A stretch of 64,000 bases of DNA from Takakia lepidozioides (lineage: Eukaryota > Plantae > Bryophyta): assembly GCA_030704615.1 (NCBI GenBank), contig CM060731.1, positions 43,896,001 to 43,960,000 of the forward strand, written 5' to 3'. Position numbers and translations under genes: made by a program. This document shows, piece by piece, positions 52,032 through 64,000 of the stretch (positions within the stretch are counted from its first letter, which is position 1; each line of letters begins with the position of its first letter). The notes beneath the pieces are model-generated. The model saw only the letters and a list, made by a program, of their open reading frames with translations, ran no database searches and was not told where the DNA came from.

Positions 52032-53478
52032 TGTTACGAGGGACAGACAACGAGGGTCACAACGGGACATACCGGGTAGTGATGGACGTACACTACCTGG
52101 CCATAGGCAAAAGACGGCTAAGTACGCGGTACTTAGCAAATGGTGGGACAAGGGTACATTACCACGGGAGCAGTAGTGGGTAGTGTAGTAAACCATGGGC
52201 CGTGAACCACGATATCACACGGCCACGTTAGCATCGGCTTTAACCAATAGAGGGATTATTGGACCGTTTACCACTATGGCTCACGACCACTGCAACGAGT
52301 CACTTTTTTAGCAAACCTTTTAGGTTGCGTAGGCAGTTAGGCAAACGGTCATTAACGACCACAGACTGTAATGGCTCTTTCGAGCATAGTATAAAAAGGC
52401 TGCACGCAACTTAGAGGGAGAGCAATATGAGTATCAGTGATCAGTGTGTATTCAGGGACTCAGAGTGATTCAGTGTGTACTTCTATGATGGTGTGACAAA
52501 CTCTGAAGTAAAGCCATGCTATTCGAAGTATCTCTGTGTAGAGTGAATGTGAGATGGAGAGAATGTGCATTATGAGAGAACGTGAGATGGTGAGAATGTG
52601 TATCATCTCAGGATAGTTCTTGTTTGCATGAGTGGAATGACTTCAATCTTTACGACTAAGATCTCTCATGTCAAAGAGACTGTAAGTTGAGCTTAATCAA
52701 TAGGATTAAGCAGCCTCCAAGGAGATAAATTCATACGACGCTCATGGTTTAGCTATCCTTAAAACGATTCCTTCGTAATCATTTCTGAAAGCATACCGTC
52801 GGACAACCTTTGTTGCATGTCTTAGGAAATGGGCAGTAGTGCTACTAGCCTGTTTTGTCTAAGTCATAAACCAGCGGTTAACATTTGACGACCATACTGG
52901 GGACTAACGGTATGTTGAGTTCAAGTGTACTCAAGGAAGGATGGTTACTCAGTGATTTCTTGAAATCACGACAGAACGAGTCGACGGAAGCAAAAGAATG
53001 GAAAACATTCCTGAAAAAATTTCATGGCTTACCAATAGCAATACAATAGAAGATCTTTTTTTCAGTTGCGAAAGAAGATGACAAATGGGGATTGAAGGGA
53101 GGAGTGATCAGTATTACACGAGCACCTTGGGAATGTAGAATTAGAAGTGAAGAATGGTTGTCTCGTCTAGCTTTATTGATTACTCCAATCCCAATCAAAA
53201 AAGTTTGCTACACTAGTTATATTTTCAGAGAAGGATGTTCAAATTATGAATATTGTCACACGATCATAGAAGCAGTGGAGTACTGGATACCCAAAGACTT
53301 GTTGCAAGTCAGATACACTGAAAAATACAGATGGTATTATTGTGCCCATTAAAAGTTTGGTGATCAATCAGTAAAAAGGAAAATTAAGTCGTAATACGGA
53401 TTCTGGCAAGATAGGGTAAATCTTGGAGAAAGGGTAGAGACCACTATAAATTTTCTTTACTGACATACCAAGATTGTT
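52032..53478 (+). mobile_element. 5' LTR (52032-52883), PBS and a decayed extra ORF of an Ogre/Tat-like element
   Basis: TGTTA...TAACA termini; PBS-like TTTGACGACCATACTGGGGAC; ATG at 52912 opens a non-gag reading frame with scattered stops. Confidence 0.65.
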
Positions 53479-53566
53479 TGTCGTGCGCATACATATCGCT
53501 ATACAACTACGTCGGTGTCCAAAACCACACAACACATGTGCACACCAAACACTAGTCTATCACTAG

Positions 53567-56500
53567 TGTCGCGGCCCTTTGCCTTGAGGGCAGGGGGTCG
53601 GGACACATGAGGGGCTGCCCCTGTGGTGGGGGCATCGGCAACGATAGGTATGGGGGGCTGAAGCACCCTTGAGTGCCCAAGGCACTGAAGGAGGCGGAGG
53701 CGCTCACTAGGTGGAGCCCCGCACACCGAGTTGCGGTGGGGGTGGCTCCACAAGGGGTGGTGGTAGCTTAGCGGGACTTAGTGGGGGTGGCATAGGACTC
53801 ACCATGGAGACCTCGTGGTGTGAGTCGTGGGGAGTCTTGGGACTCATCACGGTCCATAGGGGCCATGGTGAGTGGGCCAAGACTCACCGCGACTCATCAC
53901 CGGGAGTCGAGGGTTTTCGTGGTGGTTCGCCATAAAATGGCATGGCTGGTTATGAAACCCCCGCGGACAGCTACAGAAGTATATATAGGGAGTAGTAACC
54001 CCGAGAACGGTGCAAGCCCGTTGGTGACCAAAAACTAGTGAGTAAGCGAGCGAGCCGGAAAGCGACCAAAGAGTGGGGAGCTGTTCCGGACTGCCATTTA
54101 CCAAAGGGAATTCCACTAGTCCCAAATAGGTGGAGGGTTTAGTGGGAAGCGAAAGGGGACCGTTATGTCCCGGTGAGCAGCCGAAGCTCCAAGTTGGCCC
54201 GGCGGCCAGGTTGGGAGTCAGGCGCGCGCATCAAAGCGAGTAACTATGACGTGTTGAAGGGGAGCTTACCGAAGGGAGGTGCGCGACACTTGGTATCAGA
54301 GCTTAGAGTTCAGTACGCGATCGTCCTTGGGATTGGCCTCATAATGGGATCGGGCAAGCCGAAGCGAAAGCGGAACGGCCCAAAAGATGATGATCCTGGT
54401 GAGCCCGATGGGGGCGACGTGTCACCGAGGCGGCCGTTTGAGGAAGCGATGAATGTTTCCGAAAACGAGGCCGCTCAAGAGCGGGAGGAATCCGAGGAGT
54501 CGGAGCCCGAGGAATCCTTGAGAGCTCCGACAAACCAAGAGATGCCTCCCATGCCGGCAGCCTTTTGGGAAGGGTTGTTGGCGCAGTTTGGCGGGACGTT
54601 GAAAGACGTGTTGAAGGTGGCTAATGCCACTTCCACTAAGGCAAAGTTTAAGGTGAAGCCTAAGGAACCCGGCACCTTCGAGGGCGTTCGAAATCGGAAG
54701 GCACTCAACACCTGGCTCCTGGAGCTAGAGCAGTACTTCCGGGCGGCCAAGTTGAATGACGAGGATCGGGTAAAAGTGGCTCCCACCTATTTGAGGGGCT
54801 ATGCTCAACAATGGTGGCAGAAACGCCTTCACGACCGAGGCCCAAGCCCGGAAACCTTGAACTGGAGTGGGTTCAAGGAATTGATGAAGAGACAGTTTGT
54901 GCCCCTCAACGCATCCTGGCTTGCCCGGGACAAGATGAGGAATTTGAAGCAAACAGATGACATTCGGGGGTATGTCCAGGCTTTCAATGTGCTGTTGCTC
55001 GAAGTCGCGGACATGGCAGAACCAGAAATGGTCTTCAACTTTGTGGCGGGGCTGGCCCCATGGGCCAGGCGGAAGTTGGAGGAGAAGCCACCCAAGACTT
55101 TGAACGAGGCAATTGAGAGGGCTGAATGTTTCTCGGATGTCCCTAAGGGTGAGAGACAAGGCCGTACGGAGCTGAACCACAAGAAGACCCGGCGGGAAGG
55201 TGACTCCTTCCGACCGGAAAAGAAGTGGGATAGGCCACGCGGCGACAATGGCATGTGGAAATCGAAGGGAGGACCTTCACACGTCAAGGCGGCACCCGGT
55301 GCTTCGAAAGGAAAAGCGGGTGGAGCGGCTTATGGCGGACAGAAGGCGACCTTTGATGGAGTGTGTTTCAATTGCGGGGAGCCCGGGCACATGGCCAAGA
55401 AGTGCACAAAACCTCGTCAATTGAACATGACTCGGGCAACCACGGAGCTGTCGGAAGATACCATCAGTCGCTTGGTGGAAGCGGTGGTTGCCACGACTTG
55501 CAAGGTAGGCAACTATTCTTGTGAGTTGTGTGAGGAAACTGGCGCCCTGCGTAAAGGGAGTCAGTTATTGTTCGTGGAAGGGATAATATCCGGAACTAAC
55601 GTGTCGTTGTTGGTGGACACAGGAGCGTCGCACTCCTTCATGGCGCCGGCGACGGCGCGAAAGTTGGGACTCCCGACAAGTGACGTGGGGGCCTCTATTG
55701 AGGTGCGTTCTGCCAAAGGAGAACCACAGTTGGCGACAAGGTTGGCGTTTGATGTTCCTCTTCAACTGGGGAGTTGGGAGGGACGTGAGAACTTCACCAT
55801 GTGCGAGATCGATGGAGTGGATCTCATTTTGGGATGACCTTTTTGAGCAAATCCGGAGCGGTCATAGATGGCCGCAAGAGAGTAGTCACGCTGCCATGTG
55901 GGAATGGTGGCGAGGTCTTACGAGTGTCGGAAACGCCCAAATCCGTGGGAGGGCGAATAAACATTCTATCAGCAAGGGAGTGGGCCGTGGAGGAGGCACA
56001 CGAGCCCCAGTTTTTGCTTTACATTAGAGAAGTGAAAGGAGAAGGCGATGGGGAGCCGAGCCCAGATTGGATCAAGGGGATTTTGGAAAAATACCAGGAT
56101 GTGATGCCGGAGGATTTACCAAGCGGCTTGCCACCGCGAAGAGGAGTTGACCACAAGATTGAGGTGATACCGGGATCGGAACCGCCTGCCAAGGCGCCCT
56201 ACCGGTTGAGCCATAGAGAGTTGGTCGAGCTGAAGACTCAGCTCAAGGATCTAATGTCAAAGGGGTACATCCGGCCGAGTAAGTCGCCTTACGGAGCCCC
56301 GGTGCTATTTGCAGACAAGAAGGATGGGACGCTGCGGATGTGTGTCGATTATAGGGCTCTGAATAAGGTGACTATCAAAAACCGGTACCCTTTGCCAAGG
56401 ATCGACGACCTCTTCGATTGGTTGGCAGGAGCGAATTTCAGCCGGATCGACTTGCGCTCCGGCTATCACCAAATTCGGGTGGCGGAAGGAGATGAGGAGA

Positions 56501-59500
56501 AGACCGCGTGCAGGACAAGGTATGGTTCATATGAGTTCTTGGTGATGCCTTTTGGGCTCACCAATGCACCAGCGACACTTAGCACGCTGATGAACAGCCT
56601 TTTCCAGGTGGTTGGATGACTTTGTGATCGTGTACATCGACGACATCTTGGTGTACTCGAAAACAAAGGAGGAACACCTGGAGCACCTCAAAAGGGTGTT
56701 CCAAAAGTTGCGGGAAGGGAAGCTGTATGCCAAAGCTTCAAAGTGCAAATTCGGGGTCACGAAAGTGGAGTTTCTGGGGCATGTGATTACACAGGATGGG
56801 ATCAAAATGGATGACAGAAAGGTGAGGGCGATCTTGGACTGGGAGCCTCCGACTTCGGTCCCGGGAGTGCGATCCTTCCTAGGACTCGCCTCCTATTACC
56901 GGAAGTATGTGAGAAATTTCGCCAAGATTGCGGGGCCGATGTCAGACCTTCTGTGTAAATCTAAAGTCTGGGCATGGAACACCTTTTGTGGCCAAGCTTT
57001 TGCTGAATTGAAGCAGCGGATGGCGGAAGCTCCAGTATTGAAAATCCCGGAGTTCGATCGTCCGTTTGAGATACATACAGATGCGTCGGACTTCGCGATT
57101 GGTGGTGTGCTGATGCAAGATGGACGTCCAGTGGCTTACGAAAGTAAGAAACTGAATGAAGTGGAGCGACGGTGGCCGACGCACGAGAAAGAGATGAAGG
57201 CAGTGGTGCACTGTCTTGAGCTCTGGCGCCACTATGTTGGTTCCAACCCAGTGAAGGTGTTCACGGACAATGTCACGGTGAAGTATTTTGCCACGCAGCC
57301 CAAGTTGTCCCCAAAACAACTTAGGTGGCAAGATACTTTGGCGGTCTTCGACGTGGATATCGAGTACAAACCGGGACGAGACAACGTGGTGGCCGATGCT
57401 TTAAGTAGAAAGCAACAGCTCTTGTTGGTGTACAAGCTAGGAAACGGTATGAAAGGCAGGCGAATCGGAAGCGGAGGGAAGTGAAGTTTGAGGTAGGCAC
57501 GGAGGTCTGGTTGAACATCAAGAATTTCCGACTACCTCCGGAAGTGAGTCCGAAGTTCGTACCTCCGTATGCGGGACCCTTTCGTATTTGGAAGGTTATG
57601 AATGAGGATGTGTATGAATTGGAGCTGCCGGCAAACAGCAAGGTGCACCTAGTATTCCATGTCTCCCTTTTGAAGCCTTACTTCAAAGATGAAGCGCATC
57701 CGAATCGGTATCAAGTGTTGCGTCCGCCACCTATGCTGTTGGATCATGAAAATGAATGAGTACGAGGTGGAGGCAATACTTAAGTCAAGGAGGTTCAAGA
57801 ACCGAGAAACGGAGTATCTCGTCAAATGGAAGGGCTATCATCATGTGGAGGCATCTTGGGTGCGTGCCTCAGAAATGGGAAACGCATCCGAGGCGGTCGC
57901 AGCTTTCGAAGGGCGACCTCAAAAGCGGAAGAAGCGTTGATGGGGACATCAACCTTGGAGCGTGGGGGAGGAAATGCATGCTTAGCCCGGCTTAGCTAGC
58001 TTAGGCATCCGATTGCAAAAACTTGTATTGTACAAAACGTGCTATAAATGAAACGGATTCCAAATGTTGTGCGGCCTATTTTGTTTGGAATGGTGATGCA
58101 TGGTATGGTTGGCTAGTGTGTAGAATGCACGCTAGCTTATAAAAGTGGGAGAGGTAAATTGGGTTAATCGTGTGTTTGTGTAGTGCCGAAATCGGGTGAC
58201 CCCCATCCGAGGGGCAAGGAAACTTGCGCCTTCTTTGGGAGTTCACGTGCTAGTACGCACCTGGCGCGTGCGCGTACTATAACTGCGCTACCGAGGGGGT
58301 TGCCTTGTAGTGCGGGCTAACGCGGAAGCCACGTGCTTCCGTTCACGTACTATAATCGTGTAGCCTCGGGACGAAGTCGTAGTGCGGCTTCGGCGTGTTC
58401 CCGTACCTCAGGCCAGCATTCCAAGGCGGACCCAATTGTAGTGATTGGGGCGCACGGTTGGTTCAAAGTTATCTTCCTAGTCAAAGAGGGTTCCAGGTGA
58501 ACCCTTGCTCAAGGTGATGCCAAAAGCGGCATCATGAGCGGTCGCAAGCAATGTTGTTGCAGTAAGGCGATTCGATCCTCGGGGAGGATCGTTCCTTGGC
58601 CTTGAAGTAGGCCAAGAAGAGTGCACTGGGAGGAGCTGGAGAGGCTCCACCCTTGGCCGGGACTTGGAGGAAGTCGGCCGAACTAGCTAGTGGAGAGTAG
58701 AGTCAAGTGTGGGGTTTGGTTCTTTGCCATGGGACGCCATGGTGCGGAAACAAACTCCTTGATGTCGGACGCCACAACTTGGATGTTCGTTTCTACAAAA
58801 TGGACAAGTCGATGAGGACATCGACTCCCTGTTGGTAGGGGTGTGTGTCGCGGCCCTTTGCCTTGAGGGCAGGGGGTCGGGACACATGAGGGGCTGCCCC
58901 TGTGGTGGGGGCATCGGCAACGATAGGTATGGGGGGCTGAAGCGCCCTTGAGTGCCCAAGGCACTGAAGGAGGCGGAGGCGCTCACTAGGTGGAGCCCCG
59001 CACACCGGGTTGCGGTGGGGGTGGCTCCACAAGGGGTGGTGGTAGCTTAGCGGGACTTAGTGGGGGTGACATAGGACTCACCATGGGGGCGGAGACCTTG
59101 TGGTGGGAGTCGTGGGGAGTCTTGGGACTCATCACGGTCCATAGGGGCCGTGGTGAGTGGGCCAAGACTCACCGCGACTCATCACCAGGAGTCGAGGGTT
59201 TTCGTGGTGGTTCGCCATAAAATGGCATGGCCGGTTATGAAACCCCCGCGGACAGCTACAGAAGTATACATAGGGAGTAGTAACCCCGAGAACGGTGCAA
59301 GCCCGTTGGTGACCAAAAACTAGTGAGTAAGCGAGCGAGCCGGAAAGCGACCAAAGAGTGGGGAGCTGTTCCGGACTGCCATCTACCAAAGGGAATTCCA
59401 CTAGTCCCAAATAGGTGGAGGGTTTAGTGGGAAGCAAAGGGGGACCGTTATGTCCCGGTGAGCAGCCGAAGCTCCAAGTTGGCCCGGCGGCCAGGTTGGG

Positions 59501-59573
59501 AGTCAGGCGCGCGCATCAAAGCGAGTAACTATGACGTGTTGAAGGGGAGCTTACCGAAGGGAGGTGCGCGACA
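53567..59573 (+). mobile_element. Galadriel-like chromovirus with both LTRs (53567-54288, 58846-59573); integrase core deleted
   Basis: TGTCGCG...CGCGACA LTRs differ by about a dozen substitutions and one indel (by eye). ACTAG on both flanks; tRNA-iMet PBS TGGTATCAGAGC at 54291; gag with CFNCGEPGHMAKKC; PR LVDTGAS; RT YIDDIL; RH; chromodomain. Confidence 0.96.
54344..57940 (+). pseudogene. gag-pol polyprotein with frameshifts (~55830, ~56610, ~57755) and an integrase deletion at ~57435
   Basis: ORFs 54173-55837, 55801-56619, 56612-57484, 57481-57759 and 57689-57940 encode consecutive domains. Confidence 0.92.
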
Positions 59574-59987
59574 ACTAGTGCATCACTAGGCTGCCACTAG
59601 ACAACCACTAGTCACTACTAGTGAAGCCACTAGTCCACCACTAGGCTGCTACTAGTCCATCACAATGATAAAGGAAAGGAAATGATACAATCACACAAGC
59701 TCTTACAAACTCATATATTTGCACATGAAAACATCACTCATATATTAAGTTGAGCCAAGTGCACCCCACGCCATGGGGAATCCACATTACGGTGCCATAG
59801 CTAGACGCGGTGAGGCTCAACTCGAGAAAGATGAGCCCACCGCGATCTCCCATGAAGATAACAACATCAGGTGCCCAAACATGTATTGGCCCCTGGATTT
59901 ACACTTGGGTCAATCCCAAATGTCAATATATAAAAGCTAGCTATTTCCTAGTTAGCTTCACACTAGTGGTAAAAATAACTTGAGAGC

Positions 59988-62900
59988 TGTCGTGCGCATA
60001 CATATCGCTACACAACTACATCGCTGTCCAAAACCACACAACACATGTGCACACCAAACTCTAGTCTATCACTAGTTCACCACTAGTGCAGCACTAGGCT
60101 GCCACTAGACAACCACTAGTCACCACTAGTGCAGCCACTAGTCCACCACTAGACTGCCACTAGCCACCACTAGTGTAGCCACTAGTCCATCACAATCGCC
60201 CCCCTAGCTGGCGCTTACGTCTCTCTAAGTCCAGGTAGCCACAAGATGTGATAGTGGCCAAAGCCTCACTAAGTCCTCCACCATTGTCCCTACTACACTC
60301 AAACTCGATAGATCAAGAGGCCGGGTACAAGAGTTGCCCCACTGTTAGTCGCCGTCTTGCAACCTGTGAACTTGAGCCTGAGATCTCGGGTATTGACTCC
60401 TATGAGCTTGGCATCCCATGTCTTGTTAGCTGCCACCAGTCATATCCACTACCACTATCCCAAGAAGTGGACATAACCAATCTCCATCAGGAACCCTCTC
60501 AAGAGGTGGTGTCAAGCATCCCATATGCCAACCTCTTGAGCATCAATCACACACCAGCATAGTGGCGGCACCACGAGCATGCCCACATAGCATGCAACGC
60601 AACCCTGCAGGTACCACTGCAAAGTTGGGATCTATCCTCCCATCCACATGTGGAAAGGTGACATGGCGCACAATTGCGCACATGGTCCTTCCATACCATG
60701 CCATCTCGACCCTCCAGAATCAACACTCCTGAAAGCAACACCTCCCTGATCCTTAGAATCACACGTCCTGCTGTGACATCCAAGGTCATAGGCGCTGTCT
60801 GCTGTAGATACACAAAGTCCCCAGGGTGAAAACGCCGAACACCTGGCCGATATCCCCCTTCACGTATAGTGACATACCTCAATGTGTCTTGGTGTTGGGC
60901 AATAGCAAGGTTCTCAAAAGCCATAGGCATGACCCCCTTGAACAACTCTGCCCACTGGGCACATGCTTGTGTCCACACATCCGGATCATCAAGGTTGAGG
61001 ACTACTACAGCCTCCCTGTGAATAGATGCAGGCAAATCCGGTCTCTCGGCCAAAGAGAAGGAAAGTGAGGCAAGTGATGCTTGCTTGCTAAACCTGTAGC
61101 CCATGGCTAACCAAGGTACCTGAAGATCCCAATCTCCTAGGTGTTCCTTTTGCAAGCCATACTTACACAAACCCCTCTTCACTGTCTGAACCACTCTCTC
61201 TGCCAAGCCATCGGCCTCAGGATGATCCCGAGAAGTGGTACGGTGGTCTATCAAGGCTTTATCACACAAAGCGTGAAACTCCCCCAAGAACTCGCTCCCT
61301 TGGTCCGTGAGTACCTCAGCTGGAGCACCGAATCGGCTAAGCACACGATCTAGGAATGCATACGCAGCCCCCTCACTAGCCTTGTCAGGCAATGGAACCA
61401 ACTCAATCCACTTGGAGAAGTGTTCCACCATCACCAACACATATCTGTGGTGGCGCATCGTCAGTGGCAACGGCCCTGCGAAGTGAAGACTCCACTTGTA
61501 GCCCAATCCCATGATGGGTAATGGATGCAACTGTGGTGTAGGGGTGTTGAATGAAGCACGCACCCTGTCACACACCATGCACCTAGCCACAAACTGTTGC
61601 ACCTCGGTGTGCATACCACGCCACCAATACTGCCCCTGCAGTAAACTATGAGTGCGTCGCACTCCAAAATGCCCCAACTCCTCATGGGCATGCCGCACTA
61701 ACCGTACACGCTGTATTGGGTGAGGCACGATCCTCACCCGACCATCCTCTCACACTCGAAGCATGTGTATCCCCTCCCACTTGAACCTCTTGGCTCGTTG
61801 TAGGATCCGATCCCTCTCCTTGGTAGTCACACTAGCTGCCGTGTCTCCAGTGCGAAGGTAGTCCAACACAACCAAATCCTCATGTATATCTCTGGTACCA
61901 CTTGGCTCATCACTAGCCTCAGGGTCCTCAGACACTCCGTCTATAGTCATCCTTGTTGTAGGTCCAACCTGACCTCCCGATGCCAAGATACACAAAAAGA
62001 CAGATGCATGCCATCCCGACACCATCTCCTCGTCCGTCTCACCATGCCACCGAGCTCCAGTGTCATCCTACTGGCTCGTGCATGGATTGCGACTCAATCC
62101 ATCCACATCTCTATTGACCAAACCCGATCGATGCACAACCTAAAAGTCATACTCTTAGTATAAGTGCCCACCGTGCAAGCTTCCCCGTAAGCTTGTCTGA
62201 TTCCATCAACCACTTGAGTGGATGGTGATCTGTGACAAGGGTGAAGAGATTGTTGTATAAATAGCACCTGAAGTGTGCCACGGCCCACACTGCAGCTAAG
62301 CACTCCCCCTCATATGAGCTATACTTAGACTCTGCAGCGTTGTTCGAGTGGCTAGCATAAGCCACTATGAACTCTCTTCCCTCATCATCCACCTGTGTGA
62401 GCACCGCTCCAAGCCCCAGCATGCTCCAATCTGTATGCAGCTGAAAAGGACGCCCCCTGATAGGTCGTCTCAAGATGGGCGCCGAGGTCAACCTCGCCTT
62501 GAGCTCCTGAAAAGCTCGCTCTTGCTCATCTTCCCACTGCCATTCCTGGTCTACCTTGGTCAGCTTGGTTAGAGCCTTTGCAATAGCACTAAATCCCTTG
62601 ACAAACCGTCTATAGTAGTTTGCCAACCCCATGAAAGCTTGAACTCGACTCACATCCGTGGGGCGTGGAATCTGTGCGATGGCCTCTACCTTAGTCTGCT
62701 GCACCCCCAATCCTCCAAGATATATGATGTGGCCCAGATACTCAATCTGGTTGTGGAAGAACTTGCACTTCCCTGGATGTAATTTCAATCCATGTACTCT
62801 CAAGCGCTCAAACACCACCTGAAGGTGTCTCTCGTGCTCCTCCACCGTAGCACTAAAGATGATGATGTCATCTGTGTAGCACCAAGCAAAGTCTACCCCT

Positions 62901-63388
62901 GCTAGAATCCTGTCCATGACTCTCTGGAACTCTGCAGGAGCATTCTTAAGCCCGAATGGTAAGAACCACCACTGATATAGGCAATCCTTCCCGTGCTCAT
63001 TGATCCCCCAGAATGTCGTCTTCTGCTTGTCTGCCTCCTTGATCGGCAACTGGTGATATCCGGACCGCAAGTCCAGAGTGCTAAAGACCTTGGCATGCCC
63101 AATGGCATCAAAGATCTCCTCCGGTGTGGGCATGGCATACTTATCGGACTTGGTCTAACGATTTACAGGCCGGTAATCACCGCACATACGTCTCTCCGTC
63201 CAATTGCCATAGACATCCTTCTTGGCTGGCATCACCGTGGCTGAAGCATACTCTCCACCAGATAGCTCCACCAAACCAGCCTCCCAGAGATCTTGAGTCC
63301 TCATCTGAATCAAAGACCTCTCCATATCACTGTATCTATAGGGTCTCCGAAAGATTGGCGTGTCCGTGGCCAACTCAATACGAATCTA
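59988..63388 (-). mobile_element. 3' part of a Gypsy with RT, RH, INT, a C-terminal PHD finger, PPT and a ~207-bp 3' LTR (59988-60194)
   Basis: RMCGDYRPVN; LDLRSGYHQ; LPFGLKNA; YTDD; LHTDWS...YEGECLA; INT VLTDQGSEF...GLAER; after a frameshift CMLC...CD*C..GWH..CLTPPL..VP.GDWLCP; PPT AGGGGGGCGAT. Confidence 0.92.
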
Positions 63389-63389
63389 G

Positions 63390-64000
63390 GGATTGGATGG
63401 ACTCTTGAGGCGATGCGTCACCCCAGAGGAGGCTCCCCAGATTTTAGAGTCGGCTCATGACAGCATGTGCGGATGACACTTTGCAGGAACTCATTGTGCA
63501 GAAGGTTTTAAGGGCAGGTTACTACTGGCCCTCCATGTTCAAGGATGCGCACATGCATGTGCGAAGATGCGACTCTTGTCAAAGGTACGTCAAAAGGGAT
63601 AACAGGCTCAGAATGCCGTTAGTTCCCACCCTCCCTCTTGCTCCGTTTGAGAAGTGGGGGATCGACTATGTGAGGGAAGTGCACCCCGCGTCAAGTCGAC
63701 AAAATCGCTACATCATCGTAGCCACCAAGTACCTAACCAAGTGGGCAGAAGCAAAGGCGGTCAAGAAGGCCAATGCACATGTAACTGCCGCCTTAATTTA
63801 TGAATACATCATTTCCCGGTTCGGATGCCCCAAGGAAACAGTGAGTGATAAAGGGTCTCACTTCATCAACGATGTCATCGAGGAGATGATGGTAGCATTT
63901 TCCATCAAATACCGTAAGGCTACGTCCCTGTACCACACACAGACAAGTGGCCAAGTGGAGCGCGCCAACCAAACCCTGTGCAACATTCTCTCCAAAATAA
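63390..64000 (+). pseudogene. Integrase fragment of a non-chromovirus Gypsy, running off the window
   Basis: LRAGYYWPSMFKDAH...CDSCQR...PFEKWGIDY...YLTKWAEAKAV...SRFGCPKETVSDKGSHF...TSGQVER. Confidence 0.88.

Larger units (their letters stand above)
53479..59664 (-). repeat. Short solo LTR of the PHD-Gypsy family, split into 53479-53566 and 59574-59664 by the Galadriel-like insertion
   Basis: The joined halves reproduce the LTR at 59988-60194 (TGTCGTGCGCAT...CCATCACA). Confidence 0.85.

Noticed and set aside
54173-54343. N-terminal extension of gag in the ORF track
   Set aside because: It begins at a GTG inside the LTR and crosses the PBS; ATG 54344 is more plausible.
55825-56620. Programmed frameshifts in the Galadriel-like pol
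   Set aside because: The shifts fall inside the protease and RT domains and look like 1-2 bp decay indels.
54339-57641. Antisense ORFs over gag-pol
   Set aside because: Shadow frames of GC-rich coding sequence with no motifs.
59665-59987. TRIM-like mini-element between the two short LTRs
   Set aside because: No PBS or purine tract in the required positions and no TSD.
1-64000. tRNA or rRNA genes
   Set aside because: None recognised; only PBS-length tRNA complements.

Overview
Eukaryotic plant nuclear DNA. A seed-free plant, probably a bryophyte, is inferred from the TE families and the CVNH gene; the species cannot be determined. The window is a TE-dense, rearranged region. Host-type genes: a six-exon mitochondrial porin (VDAC) whose exon 2 lacks a usable splice donor; a five-exon divergent cyclin with an intact frame, two pieces of which are duplicated elsewhere in the window; a two-exon secreted cyanovirin-N homolog (CVNH); a decayed Crinkler-type HNH nuclease; and an F-box fragment. 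Mobile elements: the 3' end of an RNase H + RLE non-LTR retrotransposon (Dualen/RandI-like) ending in (TC)n, plus two short relics of that end; two copies of a Galadriel-like chromovirus, one with paired LTRs but a deleted integrase, both with a duplicated hairpin+PPT and a hairpin-dense 3' region; a Tcn1-like chromovirus with a -1 frameshift signal; a Gypsy whose integrase ends in a PHD finger; Ogre/Tat-like fragments; two CACTA elements; a hAT MITE; a piggyBac-like TTAA element; and a complex tandem repeat block. All calls come from reading motifs by eye; no database searches were run.
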